Source: Cyanophyceae cyanobacterium
Lineage (GTDB): Bacteria > Cyanobacteriota > Cyanobacteriia > Cyanobacteriales > JBHJGN01
DNA: 64,000 bases
Direction: 5' to 3'
NCBI GenBank assembly: GCA_050331735.1
Contig: JBHJGN010000029.1
Location: 96,001 to 160,000, forward strand
Every line of letters starts with the position of its first letter. Positions within the stretch are counted from its first letter, which is position 1. Under the pieces are notes generated by a model that was not told the origin of the DNA, did not search any database, and was given only the letters and a program-made list of their open reading frames with translations. Both the position numbers and the translations under genes were made by a program. This document shows, piece by piece, positions 39,514-50,150 of this stretch.

Positions 39514-40188
39514 ATGCTGACTTTATACTACGCTCGCCCGTCTCTCTACTCTCGTCCGGTATGGATAGCTCTCTTGGAAAAACAGCTTCCTGTTGAGCTT
39601 ATTCCTGTCAAGATGGACGGTTCCCAGTACGAGGCAGAATTCACCCAGATTAGTCCGTTTAGCCACATTCCCGTTTTGATAGATGACGGCTTGCGGGTGA
39701 TTGAATCTTCTGCGATTCTCGACTATTTAGAAGCCAAATACCCTCACCCATCACTGATGCCTGCTGATGCAGAGACCATTGCCAAAGTTCGGATGGTGCA
39801 GTCGGTGGCGATGAGCGAACTGTTACCTGCCGTTGCTGGACTAATAATTTATGCGCGTAAGCCCCAAGAGTTAGAGTACTGCACACAGAGAACGCATGTT
39901 GTTTTAACGTTCTTTGAGGAATTATTGGAAAATTCTTTTTTTGGTGGAGAGAATTTATCTTTAGCTGATATTGTCGCTGGAACGTTAGTGCCGATGTTGC
40001 CTAAGCTAGATGTTTCTTTAGCTAACTACTTTAAGGTTAATGATTGGACGCAGCGATTACTTTCAAGAGAGTCCTGGCAACAGATTCAGCTTAGCGTAGA
40101 AGAATGGAATTCCTTTGAACGTCATCTGGGCACTTTTGTCAAAGTGTGGCAAAAACGTCGTCGTCAATTCTTGCAAGCGAGGACATAA
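39514..40188 (+). CDS. Glutathione S-transferase family protein
   Basis: SPFSHIPVL, IESSAILDYLE and LSLADI motifs. Confidence 0.9.
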   Translation: MLTLYYARPSLYSRPVWIALLEKQLPVELIPVKMDGSQYEAEFTQISPFSHIPVLIDDGLRVIESSAILDYLEAKYPHPSLMPADAETIAKVRMVQSVAMSELLPAVAGLIIYARKPQELEYCTQRTHVVLTFFEELLENSFFGGENLSLADIVAGTLVPMLPKLDVSLANYFKVNDWTQRLLSRESWQQIQLSVEEWNSFERHLGTFVKVWQKRRRQFLQART

Positions 40189-40195
40189 AGCGATG

Positions 40196-40562
40196 TTAGT
40201 TGTTCATTTGCTGTTTAAGCTATTCGACCTCTTTTTCTAGCTTTATCAGTCTCTCTAACAGGTTGAGGCGATCGCTATCCGCCGTCAACTGATATTCATA
40301 AAACTGATTAAACTTCTCGCTTTGCTCCACTCTTTGCTTGGCAGTTTCTTCAACCAAAATAGCAATGTCTTCTCGGCCCTGTCGAGCCAATTCTTTGAGG
40401 TTTTCTATCTGCCGACCGTTTTCTTGAATCTGCTGACTGTTGGCCTTGACTGAATCTTGTAAGCGGGCAATATTATCGGAAGTTTTTTAGCTGCGTTTCC
40501 TGTATTTGCCGTTGTAGGGCCAGCATCTGCTCAATTGTGGCTCTAATCTCTTCTAGTGTCAT
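40196..40562 (-). pseudogene. Frameshifted coiled-coil protein gene
   Basis: MTLEEIRATIEQMLALQRQIQETQLK continues (TSDNIARLQDS...SDRLNLLERL) only if one A is removed from the A6 run at 40483-40488; an in-frame TAG also lies near the end. Confidence 0.6.
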
Positions 40563-40780
40563 CTAGTTTTTCGGTCGCCTACTGAGACTGGATATCATTC
40601 AGCATAGCGCAAGCCTAACGAGCCAAATGCCGAGCATCTTTTCAAGCCAGAGAAACTATACTTAATAGGCGTAATCTGTCTGTCGCTCGCAGCCTCGATC
40701 CTCTCTTTTTTTACAGAAAGAGTGTCGAGATCGGGCTAAGGTTGAAGGCAACCCTTTACACACACGCATTGGCAAGAACT

Positions 40781-42232
40781 ATGACCAACCGAAATTTTGG
40801 CGTAATTGGTTTAGCAGTCATGGGGGAAAACCTGGCTCTTAATGTGGAAAGCCGTGGTTTTCCAATTTCTGTCTATAACCGTACCGGCGCTAAAACCGAG
40901 ACTTTTATGGCGGAACGGGCAAACGGCAAGGACATCAAACCCGCCTATTCCGTCGAAGAATTTGTGCAGACCCTCGAACGTCCTCGGCAAATTCTGGTGA
41001 TGGTGAAGGCAGGCAAACCGGTTGACGCGGTTATTCAGCAGCTTAAACCACTGCTCGATGAGGGAGATTTGCTCATCGACGGCGGTAATTCCCTGTATGA
41101 CGACACCGAACGACGCACCGAAGAGTTAGAAGCCGCGGGACTTGGCTACATGGGGATGGGAGTCAGCGGCGGTGAAGAAGGAGCGCTCAATGGTCCTAGC
41201 CTGATGCCTGGAGGTACAGAAGATGCTTACCAGAAAGTAGAGCCAATTTTGACAAAAATTGCGGCTCAGGTTGAGGACGGACCCTGCGTCACCTATATTG
41301 GACCTGGGGGGGCAGGGCACTACGTCAAGATGGTGCATAACGGCATTGAGTACGGCGATATGCAGCTTATTGCTGAAGCCTACGATTTGCTCAAAAACGC
41401 CCTCGGACTCAGCAACGAGCAGCTACACGAAGTATTTGCCGAATGGAATACGACCGAGGAGCTAGATTCGTTCCTCATTGAAATTACTGCCGACATCTTC
41501 AAGTACAAAGAAAACGGCAGTGAGTATTTAATCGATAAAATTCTCGATTCAGCCGGACAAAAAGGCACGGGACGCTGGACGGTGGTTAATTCTCTGGAAA
41601 TCGGCGTACCCATCCCCACTATCTACGCTGCCGTTAACGCCCGCGTAATGTCTTCTTTTAAGGATCAGCGCGTCGCTGCTGCTAAAGCTCTGGGGAACGA
41701 AACCAAGCGATACGATGGCGATGTTAAATCCTTTATCAATAAGATTCGGGATGCTCTCTACTGTTCTAAAATGTGCTCCTATGCCCAGGGCATGGCGCTG
41801 CTGCAAGCCGCTTCTCGGGAGTTTAACTACCACCTGAATTTATCGGAGACGGCACGGATTTGGAAAGGCGGCTGTATCATTCGGGCGCGATTTCTGGGTA
41901 AGATTCAGCAGGCTTTTATCGATAATCCTAATCTTGATAACCTCCTGCTAGCACCGGAATTTAAGCAAACCATTCTAGACCGCCAGCAGGCGTGGAGAGA
42001 TGTATTATCGGTTGCTAACCAAATTGGCATTTCGGTACCCGCATTCAGTGCTTCTTTGGATTACTTTGATGCCTATCGACGTGATCGCCTGCCTCAAAAC
42101 CTGACTCAGGCTCAGCGGGACTACTTCGGCGCACACACCTATGAGCGCATCGACAAGCCCAGAGATGAGTTTTTCCATACCGAATGGACGAAAACTGATG
42201 TTGAATCTACGCAAGTAGGCAGCACTGACTAA
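40781..42232 (+). CDS. gndA: 6-phosphogluconate dehydrogenase (NADP+, decarboxylating)
   Basis: [26 protein letters not shown] and [12 protein letters not shown] motifs. Confidence 0.97.
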   Translation: MTNRNFGVIGLAVMGENLALNVESRGFPISVYNRTGAKTETFMAERANGKDIKPAYSVEEFVQTLERPRQILVMVKAGKPVDAVIQQLKPLLDEGDLLIDGGNSLYDDTERRTEELEAAGLGYMGMGVSGGEEGALNGPSLMPGGTEDAYQKVEPILTKIAAQVEDGPCVTYIGPGGAGHYVKMVHNGIEYGDMQLIAEAYDLLKNALGLSNEQLHEVFAEWNTTEELDSFLIEITADIFKYKENGSEYLIDKILDSAGQKGTGRWTVVNSLEIGVPIPTIYAAVNARVMSSFKDQRVAAAKALGNETKRYDGDVKSFINKIRDALYCSKMCSYAQGMALLQAASREFNYHLNLSETARIWKGGCIIRARFLGKIQQAFIDNPNLDNLLLAPEFKQTILDRQQAWRDVLSVANQIGISVPAFSASLDYFDAYRRDRLPQNLTQAQRDYFGAHTYERIDKPRDEFFHTEWTKTDVESTQVGSTD

Positions 42233-42322
42233 ACGTTCGCCCCGTTAGCGTTCGCGTAGCGTGTCTGTAGGACTCAGCTCCTCTGAAAGAGACTTCGTCC
42301 GGGTGCTGCGTTTAGCTAGACT

Positions 42323-42347
42323 TTTGGGTGGGCGAAGCCCACCTAAA
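42323..42347 (+). terminator. Stem-loop after gnd
   Basis: GGTGGGC-GAA-GCCCACC hairpin. Confidence 0.5.
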
Positions 42348-42400
42348 TTGTTTGGCCTGACGGCGGAGCAATACGGGAGATATCTTCACAAATACAAGAC

Positions 42401-44461
42401 ATGCTCCGAAACGGGACTTTATTTGCAGATTTATTAACGCAACCGCAAGCTAATCAAACTCTATCTTCTCCTCTTTTAGTGGTGGGAGGCTCTACGGCTG
42501 CTTATTCAGCCACCTTAGCGGCTTTACAGGGAGGAGGCGCGGTTTGCTTAGTCCAGCCACAGCAGATCGTTGGCGGCCAGTTTACCGCTCAAGCACTGCC
42601 GGCCTCGGATGATGGTAAGCTGATAGCGAAAAGAAATGGTATCGGGGGAGAATCCTTTGCCATTTCCCGTTCTTACCGCCGCTTTCGCCAGCGTCAGCGA
42701 GAATTACAGCCCATCAATGGTAGAGTCGTTGCTAATCCTGGTGGCGGCTGGGTCAGCCATCTGTGCGTCACCCCTGCTGTCGCTGCCCAGGCTCTTCAAG
42801 AGCCACTGATAGACTATCTCAAGCAAGGAAAATTAATTATCATTACCCATGCTGAACCGATAGCGGTATTGACGAAGATTGAGGGACAGCGACGGTGCAT
42901 TACGGGAGTGGAGTTTCAACGACGTGGAGATAAATTCACCGTTGATGCTCAGGTGGTCATTGAAGCCACCGATTTGGGCGATCTGCTGGAGTTGTCAGGA
43001 ATAGAGTCGCGCGTTGGGCAAGAGTCTCGCCACGATACTGGGGAAGCCATTCTGCCCGATCGCGCTTTTCCTCTCTGTCAGCAAGCAATTACCTTTTGTG
43101 CGGTGGTCGAAAAAAAACCTGCCGAAGGAGTCACTATCGGTAAACCAAGCGAATACGATCGCCAGCCGTGGCTAAATATCCAGGATTTTACCAGCACCTT
43201 CTGGATGCACAAAGACCAGAACCCTCCCTGGAAAAGACAAGATTTTTTCGATGACTTCGGAATCTTTACCTATCGCCGCATCTATCGAAGTCATCAAAGC
43301 AATGCGGCTCAAGACGGCGATATCACCATCATTAATTGGGGAACGAGTCCTCGGGGGGATGGCGACAAGCCTCCGCGCGATGCTGCGGTGTGCTGCGGAA
43401 ACGATTATTTGTGGGGTGTTCTAGTTGGCGTGAGTCGGGAGGAAAGACAGGAAAATATCAGGAGAGCACGCGATCGCACTCAAGCCTATCTTCACTGGCT
43501 GCAAACGAACGGCATCAACCTGAAACCTCGCGGCGATCTTACCGGGACAGCAAACGGCATTGCCCTGGAACCCTATATTCGAGAGGCGAGAAGAGGCGTT
43601 GCCTTAACCACCATTCGCCATGAAGATATCGCCCAAAAGTTTTTTCCTAGGGCAGCGAGGGCACGATGTTTCCCCGATAGCGTCGGTATCGGGCAGTATC
43701 ACTACATTGATTTTCATCCTAATAATGCTCCTGGACACGTTGACCTGGGCGATGGCAAAGCCACGCTGCCCTTTACTCTTCCTCTTGGTGCTTTAATTCC
43801 GACTAATACAGACGGATTGATTTTGTCTGCCAAAAGTATCGGCACGACGCACATTACCAATGCGGCCTATCGCATGCATCCGGTAGAGTGGGCCATTGGA
43901 GAAGCCAGCGGATATTTAGCAGCTTTTGCCCTCGAAAAAGAGTGCGAGGTTCGTCGTATAGCCACAGACCCCAATCTTACCCGGCAATTGCAGGACTGGC
44001 TGACTCAGCAGGGCGTTCCCCTATGCTGGTTCGATGATGTCGGACACGACGATCCTGATTTTACGGCGATTCAAGTGCTAGCTGTTGCTGGCATATTGCC
44101 GAGAGAGCGAGAATCTCTGCATTTTATGCCGGAAGCAGCAGTCACTCGGGGAGCGATCGCTACAGCGGTGGTCAAGCTTGTTGATTTGACGTTAAGCTAT
44201 CCTCCGGCTTCCCCATTTCAAGACGTTTCCCCAGAACACCCAGCTTACACCGATATTGTTGCTCTCCACCAACAGGGCATCGTCGTCGGCATTGGAAATC
44301 ACCAGTTTGCTCCCGAACTGGCCTGCAAACGGCAACATTTAGCGATCATTGTTCGTAAACTAGGATTTGAGCCTGAGCAAGCATTCTCCGGCATTCCCAG
44401 TAGCGGTCATTTGACCCGCAGAGAACTGGCCAGAATTTTGTATAGACTTAAGAACACATGA
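42401..44461 (+). CDS. FAD-dependent oxidoreductase with C-terminal SLH-like domains
   Basis: VVGGSTAA, IEATDLGDL, PYIREARR and AYRMHPVEW motifs; F.DV..EHP and VTRGAIA SLH-like repeats. Confidence 0.85.
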   Translation: MLRNGTLFADLLTQPQANQTLSSPLLVVGGSTAAYSATLAALQGGGAVCLVQPQQIVGGQFTAQALPASDDGKLIAKRNGIGGESFAISRSYRRFRQRQRELQPINGRVVANPGGGWVSHLCVTPAVAAQALQEPLIDYLKQGKLIIITHAEPIAVLTKIEGQRRCITGVEFQRRGDKFTVDAQVVIEATDLGDLLELSGIESRVGQESRHDTGEAILPDRAFPLCQQAITFCAVVEKKPAEGVTIGKPSEYDRQPWLNIQDFTSTFWMHKDQNPPWKRQDFFDDFGIFTYRRIYRSHQSNAAQDGDITIINWGTSPRGDGDKPPRDAAVCCGNDYLWGVLVGVSREERQENIRRARDRTQAYLHWLQTNGINLKPRGDLTGTANGIALEPYIREARRGVALTTIRHEDIAQKFFPRAARARCFPDSVGIGQYHYIDFHPNNAPGHVDLGDGKATLPFTLPLGALIPTNTDGLILSAKSIGTTHITNAAYRMHPVEWAIGEASGYLAAFALEKECEVRRIATDPNLTRQLQDWLTQQGVPLCWFDDVGHDDPDFTAIQVLAVAGILPRERESLHFMPEAAVTRGAIATAVVKLVDLTLSYPPASPFQDVSPEHPAYTDIVALHQQGIVVGIGNHQFAPELACKRQHLAIIVRKLGFEPEQAFSGIPSSGHLTRRELARILYRLKNT

Positions 44462-44491
44462 ACAATCAACAATCAACAGACAACTCAGAAG

Positions 44492-44648
44492 CTATACCAT
44501 TTATCAAAAGTAGTCAGAGAGTTCCCCAAACTCTCAAAGAGTTGGAAGTTAACTGGGAAAAACTGGTGCCCCTTCCCCTTGACCCGTTCTGACACCGAAC
44601 TATTTTCCCCAACCAACCAATCTCATTACTTTTTCTAATTGGTATTAG
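44492..44648. repeat. MITE-like element with imperfect TIRs (ATACCA.TTA..AAAAGTA), copy A
   Basis: Left CTATACCATTTATCAAAAGTAGT versus right ATTACTTTTTCTAATTGGTATTA; homologous to 46741-46893. Confidence 0.7.
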
Positions 44649-44728
44649 TCTGTCCCTCCGATTGAAAACTGCTGGCTTCTGGCTTCAGGATGAAATGCTA
44701 AGTTGAAGATAGTTTCGTTTCCTAAAAA

Positions 44729-46663
44729 ATGAGTATTTTCACTCTCCAGTCAGTCAAAAAAGATTTCGGCCTTAAAGAAATTTTGCGAGATGCTAACTTT
44801 AGCCTCGATGCCGGAGACAAAGTGGGTCTGATCGGAACAAATGGCTCTGGTAAATCAACTCTCCTCAAGATTCTCGCCGGAATTGAACCGATTGACGGAG
44901 GGCAGATTTTGGTAAACTCCAATCTGCGTCGGGTTTACCTGCCTCAACAGCCAGATATTGATGAGAAACATACCGTTCTAGAGCAGGTCTTTGCCGATAG
45001 TGGCGAGCAGATGTCGCTAGTGCGCGAGTATGAGGAATTATCGCATCAACTGGCCCGTTCTTCAACCCAAGAAGCGCTCCTGTCGCGCCTTACTGCCGTT
45101 ACCGAAAAGATAGACGCGACTAATGCTTGGGAACTGGAAACCAATGCCAAAATTGTGCTTACTCAGCTAGGCATTCAAGACTTCGACACTCCCGTTGGCA
45201 ATCTCTCTGGCGGCTATCGTAAGCGGATTGCTCTAGCGGCGGCACTGCTGTCTGAACCAGATATTCTGCTGATGGATGAACCTACAAACCATCTCGATGC
45301 TTTGTCTGTAGAGTGGCTTCAGGACTATCTCCAGCGCTACCGAGGAGCCATTTTTCTCGTCACCCATGATCGCTATTTTCTCGATCGCGTCACCAACCGC
45401 ATTATCGAACTCGACCGCGGCGACCTGTTTACCTACAATGGCAACTATTCCTACTACTTGGAGAAGAAAGCCCTCGCTGAAGAAGCAGATGCTAGCAGTC
45501 AACGCAAGTTCCAAGGAGTTCTGCGACGAGAGTTAGCGTGGCTGCAACAAGGACCAAAAGCCCGCAGCACCAAGCAAAAAGCCCGCATTCAGCGCATTGA
45601 AGAAATGCAGGGACAGGAGTTTAAAGCAGCGCTTGGAAAAGTGAGCCTGGGAACTCCCACGCGCCGGATTGGCAAAAAGGTGATTGAACTCGCCCACATT
45701 TCCAAAGCCTACGGAGAGAGAACCATCATCAAAGACTTCTCCTACGAGTTTAGCCCCGAAGACCGCGTTGGCATTATTGGTCCCAATGGAGTGGGGAAAT
45801 CAACCTTAATGGATATTATTACTGAACGCACTGAACCAGATTCTGGCACAGTAGAGGTAGGGGCTACCATTGCCTTTGGCTATTTCAATCAGCACTCCGA
45901 CGACCTGCTGGTGGCGCTTAAAGACAATCAGCGCGTCATTGACTACCTTAAAGAGGTGGGCGAGTACGTAAAATTGGCCGACGGGACTCAAATTAGTGCG
46001 TCTCAAATGCTAGAGCGCTTTCTCTTTCCCCCCAATCAGCAGTATCTTCCCCTCGAAAAGCTTTCGGGGGGAGAAAAGCGCCGTCTGTTTCTGCTGCGGG
46101 TGCTAATGTTGGCTCCTAACGTGCTGATTCTCGATGAACCGACAAACGATTTGGATGTCCAAACCTTAGCGGTATTAGAAGAATACTTAGAAGAGTTTCA
46201 AGGCTGCGTCATTGTGGTGTCTCACGATCGCTATTTCCTCGATCGGTGCGTTGAGAAGATATTTGCCTTTGAAGACGGTCATTTACGGTCTTACCCAGGC
46301 AACTATTCGGTTTACTTAGAGTACAAGCATAGAGAAGCCAATCAAGCGAAAGAATTCTCAGACAAGAAAGCATCTAAAGCTGTCAGCAAAAGTACTCGCG
46401 GTCCTTCTCCCTCTCAACCTTCTAAAGCATCAGCTCATCGCCCCCGCCGTTTGTCTAACTACGAAAGACGAGAATACGAGCAGCTTGAAAGCAAGATTAC
46501 TGAAATGGAATCTGAAAAAGAAGGATTAGAAAAAACTTTATACCACGATCCTCCGGCTGGTTTTACCCAAGTCCAAGAACTGTCTGAGCAGTTAGCAGCA
46601 TTAACCCAGGAAATAGAGCGAGCAACTGAACGCTGGATGGATCTTGCTCAGAGAGATTCCTAA
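44729..46663 (+). CDS. ABC-F family ATP-binding protein (Uup-like)
   Basis: Two ABC domains (GTNGSGKST, LSGG, DEPTNHLD; GPNGVGKST, DEPTNDLD), GPKARSTKQKAR linker, C-terminal coiled coil. Confidence 0.93.
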   Translation: MSIFTLQSVKKDFGLKEILRDANFSLDAGDKVGLIGTNGSGKSTLLKILAGIEPIDGGQILVNSNLRRVYLPQQPDIDEKHTVLEQVFADSGEQMSLVREYEELSHQLARSSTQEALLSRLTAVTEKIDATNAWELETNAKIVLTQLGIQDFDTPVGNLSGGYRKRIALAAALLSEPDILLMDEPTNHLDALSVEWLQDYLQRYRGAIFLVTHDRYFLDRVTNRIIELDRGDLFTYNGNYSYYLEKKALAEEADASSQRKFQGVLRRELAWLQQGPKARSTKQKARIQRIEEMQGQEFKAALGKVSLGTPTRRIGKKVIELAHISKAYGERTIIKDFSYEFSPEDRVGIIGPNGVGKSTLMDIITERTEPDSGTVEVGATIAFGYFNQHSDDLLVALKDNQRVIDYLKEVGEYVKLADGTQISASQMLERFLFPPNQQYLPLEKLSGGEKRRLFLLRVLMLAPNVLILDEPTNDLDVQTLAVLEEYLEEFQGCVIVVSHDRYFLDRCVEKIFAFEDGHLRSYPGNYSVYLEYKHREANQAKEFSDKKASKAVSKSTRGPSPSQPSKASAHRPRRLSNYERREYEQLESKITEMESEKEGLEKTLYHDPPAGFTQVQELSEQLAALTQEIERATERWMDLAQRDS

Positions 46664-46740
46664 AGCTCATCGCTGCTGCCGATAGCAAGAGCTGTAATTG
46701 CTGCCATTTCCTCTTTCCTATAGCTTTTTAATTGTACGAG

Positions 46741-46893
46741 AGCTATTTACCGAAAGTAGTCAGATAGTTCCTTAAACTAACCAAGCATTGGAGGTTCAAG
46801 AGCAAAGAGCTGCTGTGCTTCCCTTTCCCCTTGACCCCTTCCCCTTTCCCCCAACTCATCAAGTCTCCTATTACTTTTTCTAATTGGTATTAA
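46741..46893. repeat. MITE-like element, copy B
   Basis: Shares AAAGTAGTCAGA.AGTTCC and an identical 23-mer ATTACTTTTTCTAATTGGTATTA with copy A. Confidence 0.7.
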
Positions 46894-47113
46894 TCAGTTA
46901 TTTTATGTATTGCCGAATACTAAAAATAATGACTGAATTGTGTTGTTCTAGCTAAAAAGCTTTGAGAAAGAAGCAGGTTTGGTTAATTGTGTTAGCAGTG
47001 CAAACTAAAAATGGAGATCGCTACCGTTGACTTTGTAGGGTTTGTCTTCGCTCTTTAAGAAGAGGTAATTCTTATTCTATGCAAAGGTTAAGAAAAAAAT
47101 TCAGAAAAAAATA

Positions 47114-47142
47114 TTGATTTAGTAATACGTTTGTACTAATAT
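47114..47142 (+). promoter_or_regulatory. Sigma70-type promoter with a LexA-like box in the spacer
   Basis: TTGATT-N17-TAATAT; AATAC-GTT-TGTACT at 47124-47137 is one mismatch from the cyanobacterial LexA consensus RGTACNNNDGTWCB. Confidence 0.6.
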
Positions 47143-47176
47143 ACGAGTGGATTACTAAATACTAAATATGTGACTC

Positions 47177-47656
47177 ATGAAAACATCAGCACGAGGTGCG
47201 AAAGGTTTAGCCCCGTCCTCCTCTTTAGCGCAAGAACAATTAACCCCTGGTGCGCGTAAAGCAATTGAACTGTTTCCCATTAAACCGCCGAGAAGAATTG
47301 AGCTCGTTCAAAACAAACCTCACTCTAAAGACAAGCCCGGTGGCGTTGCTAGCCCGAGAAACACGCACCAGTCGCGAGTGGAAACGAACCTCAAACGGCT
47401 AGAAAAGCAAGTCCAAAAGATTAATCGGCTTTCGGTACAGACGGAAGAGGCTCTTCGAGAACTGAAGACGATTGCCACCAGGGTTAATCAAGATATTCGC
47501 CGTGTACGCCGTCAGCATCGCCGCTTAAACGTCTGCGAGTATCGTGAAGTTCGTCTTCCGGTCGTTCGTCAAAAGTCGGATGGTCGTTTAGTCTTGATGT
47601 CTCGTTCTGTTGATTTATCTGCTGTGTCTTCAAACACGACAGTGGCTAAATCCTAA
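47177..47656 (+). CDS. Hypothetical basic protein with coiled coil
   Basis: ATG ORF after a clear promoter; RLEKQVQKINRLS..LRELKTIA coiled coil. Confidence 0.7.
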   Translation: MKTSARGAKGLAPSSSLAQEQLTPGARKAIELFPIKPPRRIELVQNKPHSKDKPGGVASPRNTHQSRVETNLKRLEKQVQKINRLSVQTEEALRELKTIATRVNQDIRRVRRQHRRLNVCEYREVRLPVVRQKSDGRLVLMSRSVDLSAVSSNTTVAKS

Positions 47657-47694
47657 CCAAAGACTGAGCCAAGCCGACCTTAATTAATTCTCGT

Positions 47695-48168
47695 ATGCGC
47701 GACCAACAGCTACAGCCCACTAATGCCGCTGCGCGTCTTTTGAAAATTCTGCTTAAGGCTCACGTTATCGGTAACTCTTTTGCCAACGACAGTGCCATGA
47801 GCATTTTTGCCAGAGCGATGGAAAAGGAATTAAAAATTAACGTTGAATCGTTAATTAGCAACGTCAATCAATCTCAACTAGAGCCAAGTCTTCAGTTTTT
47901 ACTGCGAAAGAGACTCACGGATATTCGCAATGCGATTGAAAACTATCAGTTCTACGGGGTGGCTGCTATAGAACAGGAAGTAGAAGCAAGCCTAGGAGCG
48001 CTCGCTCTCAACAAAGATAAGTTTGAGAAAGAGCGCCACCAGCCATTAGTGATTAGCTTCTTCCGACTGATTAAAGACCTGCTTGATATTGTTTCTAATA
48101 CCAAGCAACTCTTCTCTAAAAAAGTGATTGTCTCAATTAGAAACCTGTTGCCAGGCAGCATTATTTAA
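47695..48168 (+). CDS. Hypothetical protein
   Basis: 157-aa ORF directly downstream in the same orientation. Confidence 0.6.
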   Translation: MRDQQLQPTNAAARLLKILLKAHVIGNSFANDSAMSIFARAMEKELKINVESLISNVNQSQLEPSLQFLLRKRLTDIRNAIENYQFYGVAAIEQEVEASLGALALNKDKFEKERHQPLVISFFRLIKDLLDIVSNTKQLFSKKVIVSIRNLLPGSII

Positions 48169-48273
48169 TAGTGACCAGTAAACAGTTATTAATAATCGCC
48201 CGATGCGGTTGAAGTTCTCTCTTTCTCTAAATAAAGCTTCAACAAGTCATTGAACTGGTCACTGTTCACGGTT

Positions 48274-49428
48274 TCAGGATTCAGCCATCACTCTAGCCGC
48301 AGCAGCAACTCCCGCTCCTGGGGTCATGCTTTCGTAACCTAGCTCGCGCAGCGTCGCTTCTAGGGCCGATATAGCGGCTAAAATATCGCGATCGCACACA
48401 AAGCCCAGATGACCGATGCGGAACAGCTTGCCCTTCATGTGGTCTTGGCCGCCAGCGAGGGCAATATCAAAGCGCTTCTTCATAATGGCGCGAATTTGCT
48501 CCGCCTCTACGTTCGTCGGGGCGATCGCCGTGACTGCTGTACTGGCGTTGCTATCGGGAGCAAACAGAGGCAACCCTAACGCCTTGACCGCGGCTCGCGT
48601 TGCCTGAGTCAGACGGCGGTGACGGGCAAAAATATTTTCTAGTCCCTCCTCCTTCATCATCCGCAGCGCCACCTGTAATCCAAACATGAGGTTCACAGGG
48701 GGAGTAAAGGGAGAGCTATCTTTATCGTTCGACTTTTTGTAGGTTTTCAGATCGAGATAAAACTTGGGCAATCTAGCGTCTTCGTAAGCTTGCCACGCTT
48801 TTGGACCAACGGCAACAAAGCCTAACCCAGGAGGCACCATATAGCCTTTTTGCGCTCCGGAAGCGACGACATCTAAACCCCACTCGTCGATAGGGATATT
48901 GATCGCGCCCAGGCTGGTAACGGCATCCACGATCGTTAGGCATTCCCCATGAGCTTTAGCGTGGCGGTTGATGGTTTCGAGGTCGTTAAGAACTCCGGTA
49001 GAGGTTTCGGAGTGGGTAATAATGACGGCCTTAATTTGCCGCTCTTTGTCCGCCTCTAGCTTGGCGCGGAACTCTTCCGGGTCGAGGGGGTGACCCCACT
49101 CAGCAGTAACGGTGTCTACCTCTAAGCCAAACGCTTTACTCATTTTCGCCCAGCGATCGCCAAATTTCCCGTTGCTGCCCACCAACACGCGATCGCCCGG
49201 ACTTAAAAAGTTAATAATACCAGCCTCCATCGCTCCCGTACCGCTAACGGTGAGAGTGAGTACATCATGCTGAGTTTGGTGTAGCCATTGCAGATGTTCG
49301 TTAACCTCGGCAATGACCTTGCTGAAGTCTGAGCTACGGTGTCCAATTGGATGCTTGGCCAAAGCCAGCAGCACCTGTTCAGGAACAGGTGTTGGTCCCG
49401 GAATCATGAGCATATGCTTATCTTCCAT
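48274..49428 (-). CDS. Class V PLP aminotransferase (alanine/serine-glyoxylate family, DhsS-like)
   Basis: LMIPGPTPVP, HSETSTGV, VDAVTSLG, SGAQKG and FRIGHLG motifs. Confidence 0.93.
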   Translation of the reverse strand: MEDKHMLMIPGPTPVPEQVLLALAKHPIGHRSSDFSKVIAEVNEHLQWLHQTQHDVLTLTVSGTGAMEAGIINFLSPGDRVLVGSNGKFGDRWAKMSKAFGLEVDTVTAEWGHPLDPEEFRAKLEADKERQIKAVIITHSETSTGVLNDLETINRHAKAHGECLTIVDAVTSLGAINIPIDEWGLDVVASGAQKGYMVPPGLGFVAVGPKAWQAYEDARLPKFYLDLKTYKKSNDKDSSPFTPPVNLMFGLQVALRMMKEEGLENIFARHRRLTQATRAAVKALGLPLFAPDSNASTAVTAIAPTNVEAEQIRAIMKKRFDIALAGGQDHMKGKLFRIGHLGFVCDRDILAAISALEATLRELGYESMTPGAGVAAAARVMAES

Positions 49429-49509
49429 TATTTCCTCCCAGTTGTCGTGATAGTAATTGGCTCAATCTGTGGCGTTAAAAATACTCTGTATGCAACGGCT
49501 TAATTGCCA

Positions 49510-49788
49510 TCAAAAGCTATCCTCGACTGTTTGACCATTCGCCAAAGGAGAGTTTCCGTTGTTGCTAGGACTATTTAAGGACCAACGGTAATCATACGGC
49601 TTGCCAGTCTGCTCACAAATTGCCTCTAACTGCTTCTGCTGCGCTAACGCTTTTCGTAAAATGACGATCAACTGACGCACTTTCTCTTTAATAGCTGGCT
49701 CATGGCTAGCAGCCGCCATCGTTTGGCGCTCTAATAACTGCAGAACGAGTTCATAATGTACGCGAGAGGGCAGAGGAATTGGCTCCAT
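49510..49788 (-). CDS. Conserved cyanobacterial protein (DUF5340-like)
   Basis: PLPSRVHYELVLQLLERQT..LRKALAQQKQLE..YRWSLN; lies downstream of trpC. Confidence 0.75.
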   Translation of the reverse strand: MEPIPLPSRVHYELVLQLLERQTMAAASHEPAIKEKVRQLIVILRKALAQQKQLEAICEQTGKPYDYRWSLNSPSNNGNSPLANGQTVEDSF

Positions 49789-50015
49789 CAAACTTCCTAA
49801 GTAAGAATTTATAGTGTCAAAGGCGTTCAGGGCCTACATCATTAAGCCTATTTTTCGTTTTAACCGAAAACTTCCTCACTAGCTGACTGAGCCAATACAT
49901 TTAGACCAAATTTTAGCTGCCTAACTATTTGCTCTCATCCTAGCCTACAGGAATCTTCTCAATCTACCACTTTTGTTTTTCTGTTAGTGATATTTTTTTC
50001 TGCGCCCCAAGAATC

Positions 50016-50148
50016 GGTTCCGGAAGGGGAATATTGCTGCGCGATGGGGAAAGGGGAAACTGTCCCTCTGGGACGGGGAAGGGGGAAAGGGAAAGAGGAG
50101 AGTTTGTTCCTTTCTCCCTTTCCCTTTTCCCTGCGCCTGCGGCGCTTT
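50016..50148. repeat. Composite dispersed repeat, partial copy
   Basis: GTCCC-TCT-GGGAC and GCGCC-TGC-GGCGC hairpins among inverted GGGGAAA/TTTCCCC heptamers. Confidence 0.75.
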
Positions 50149-50150
50149 GT

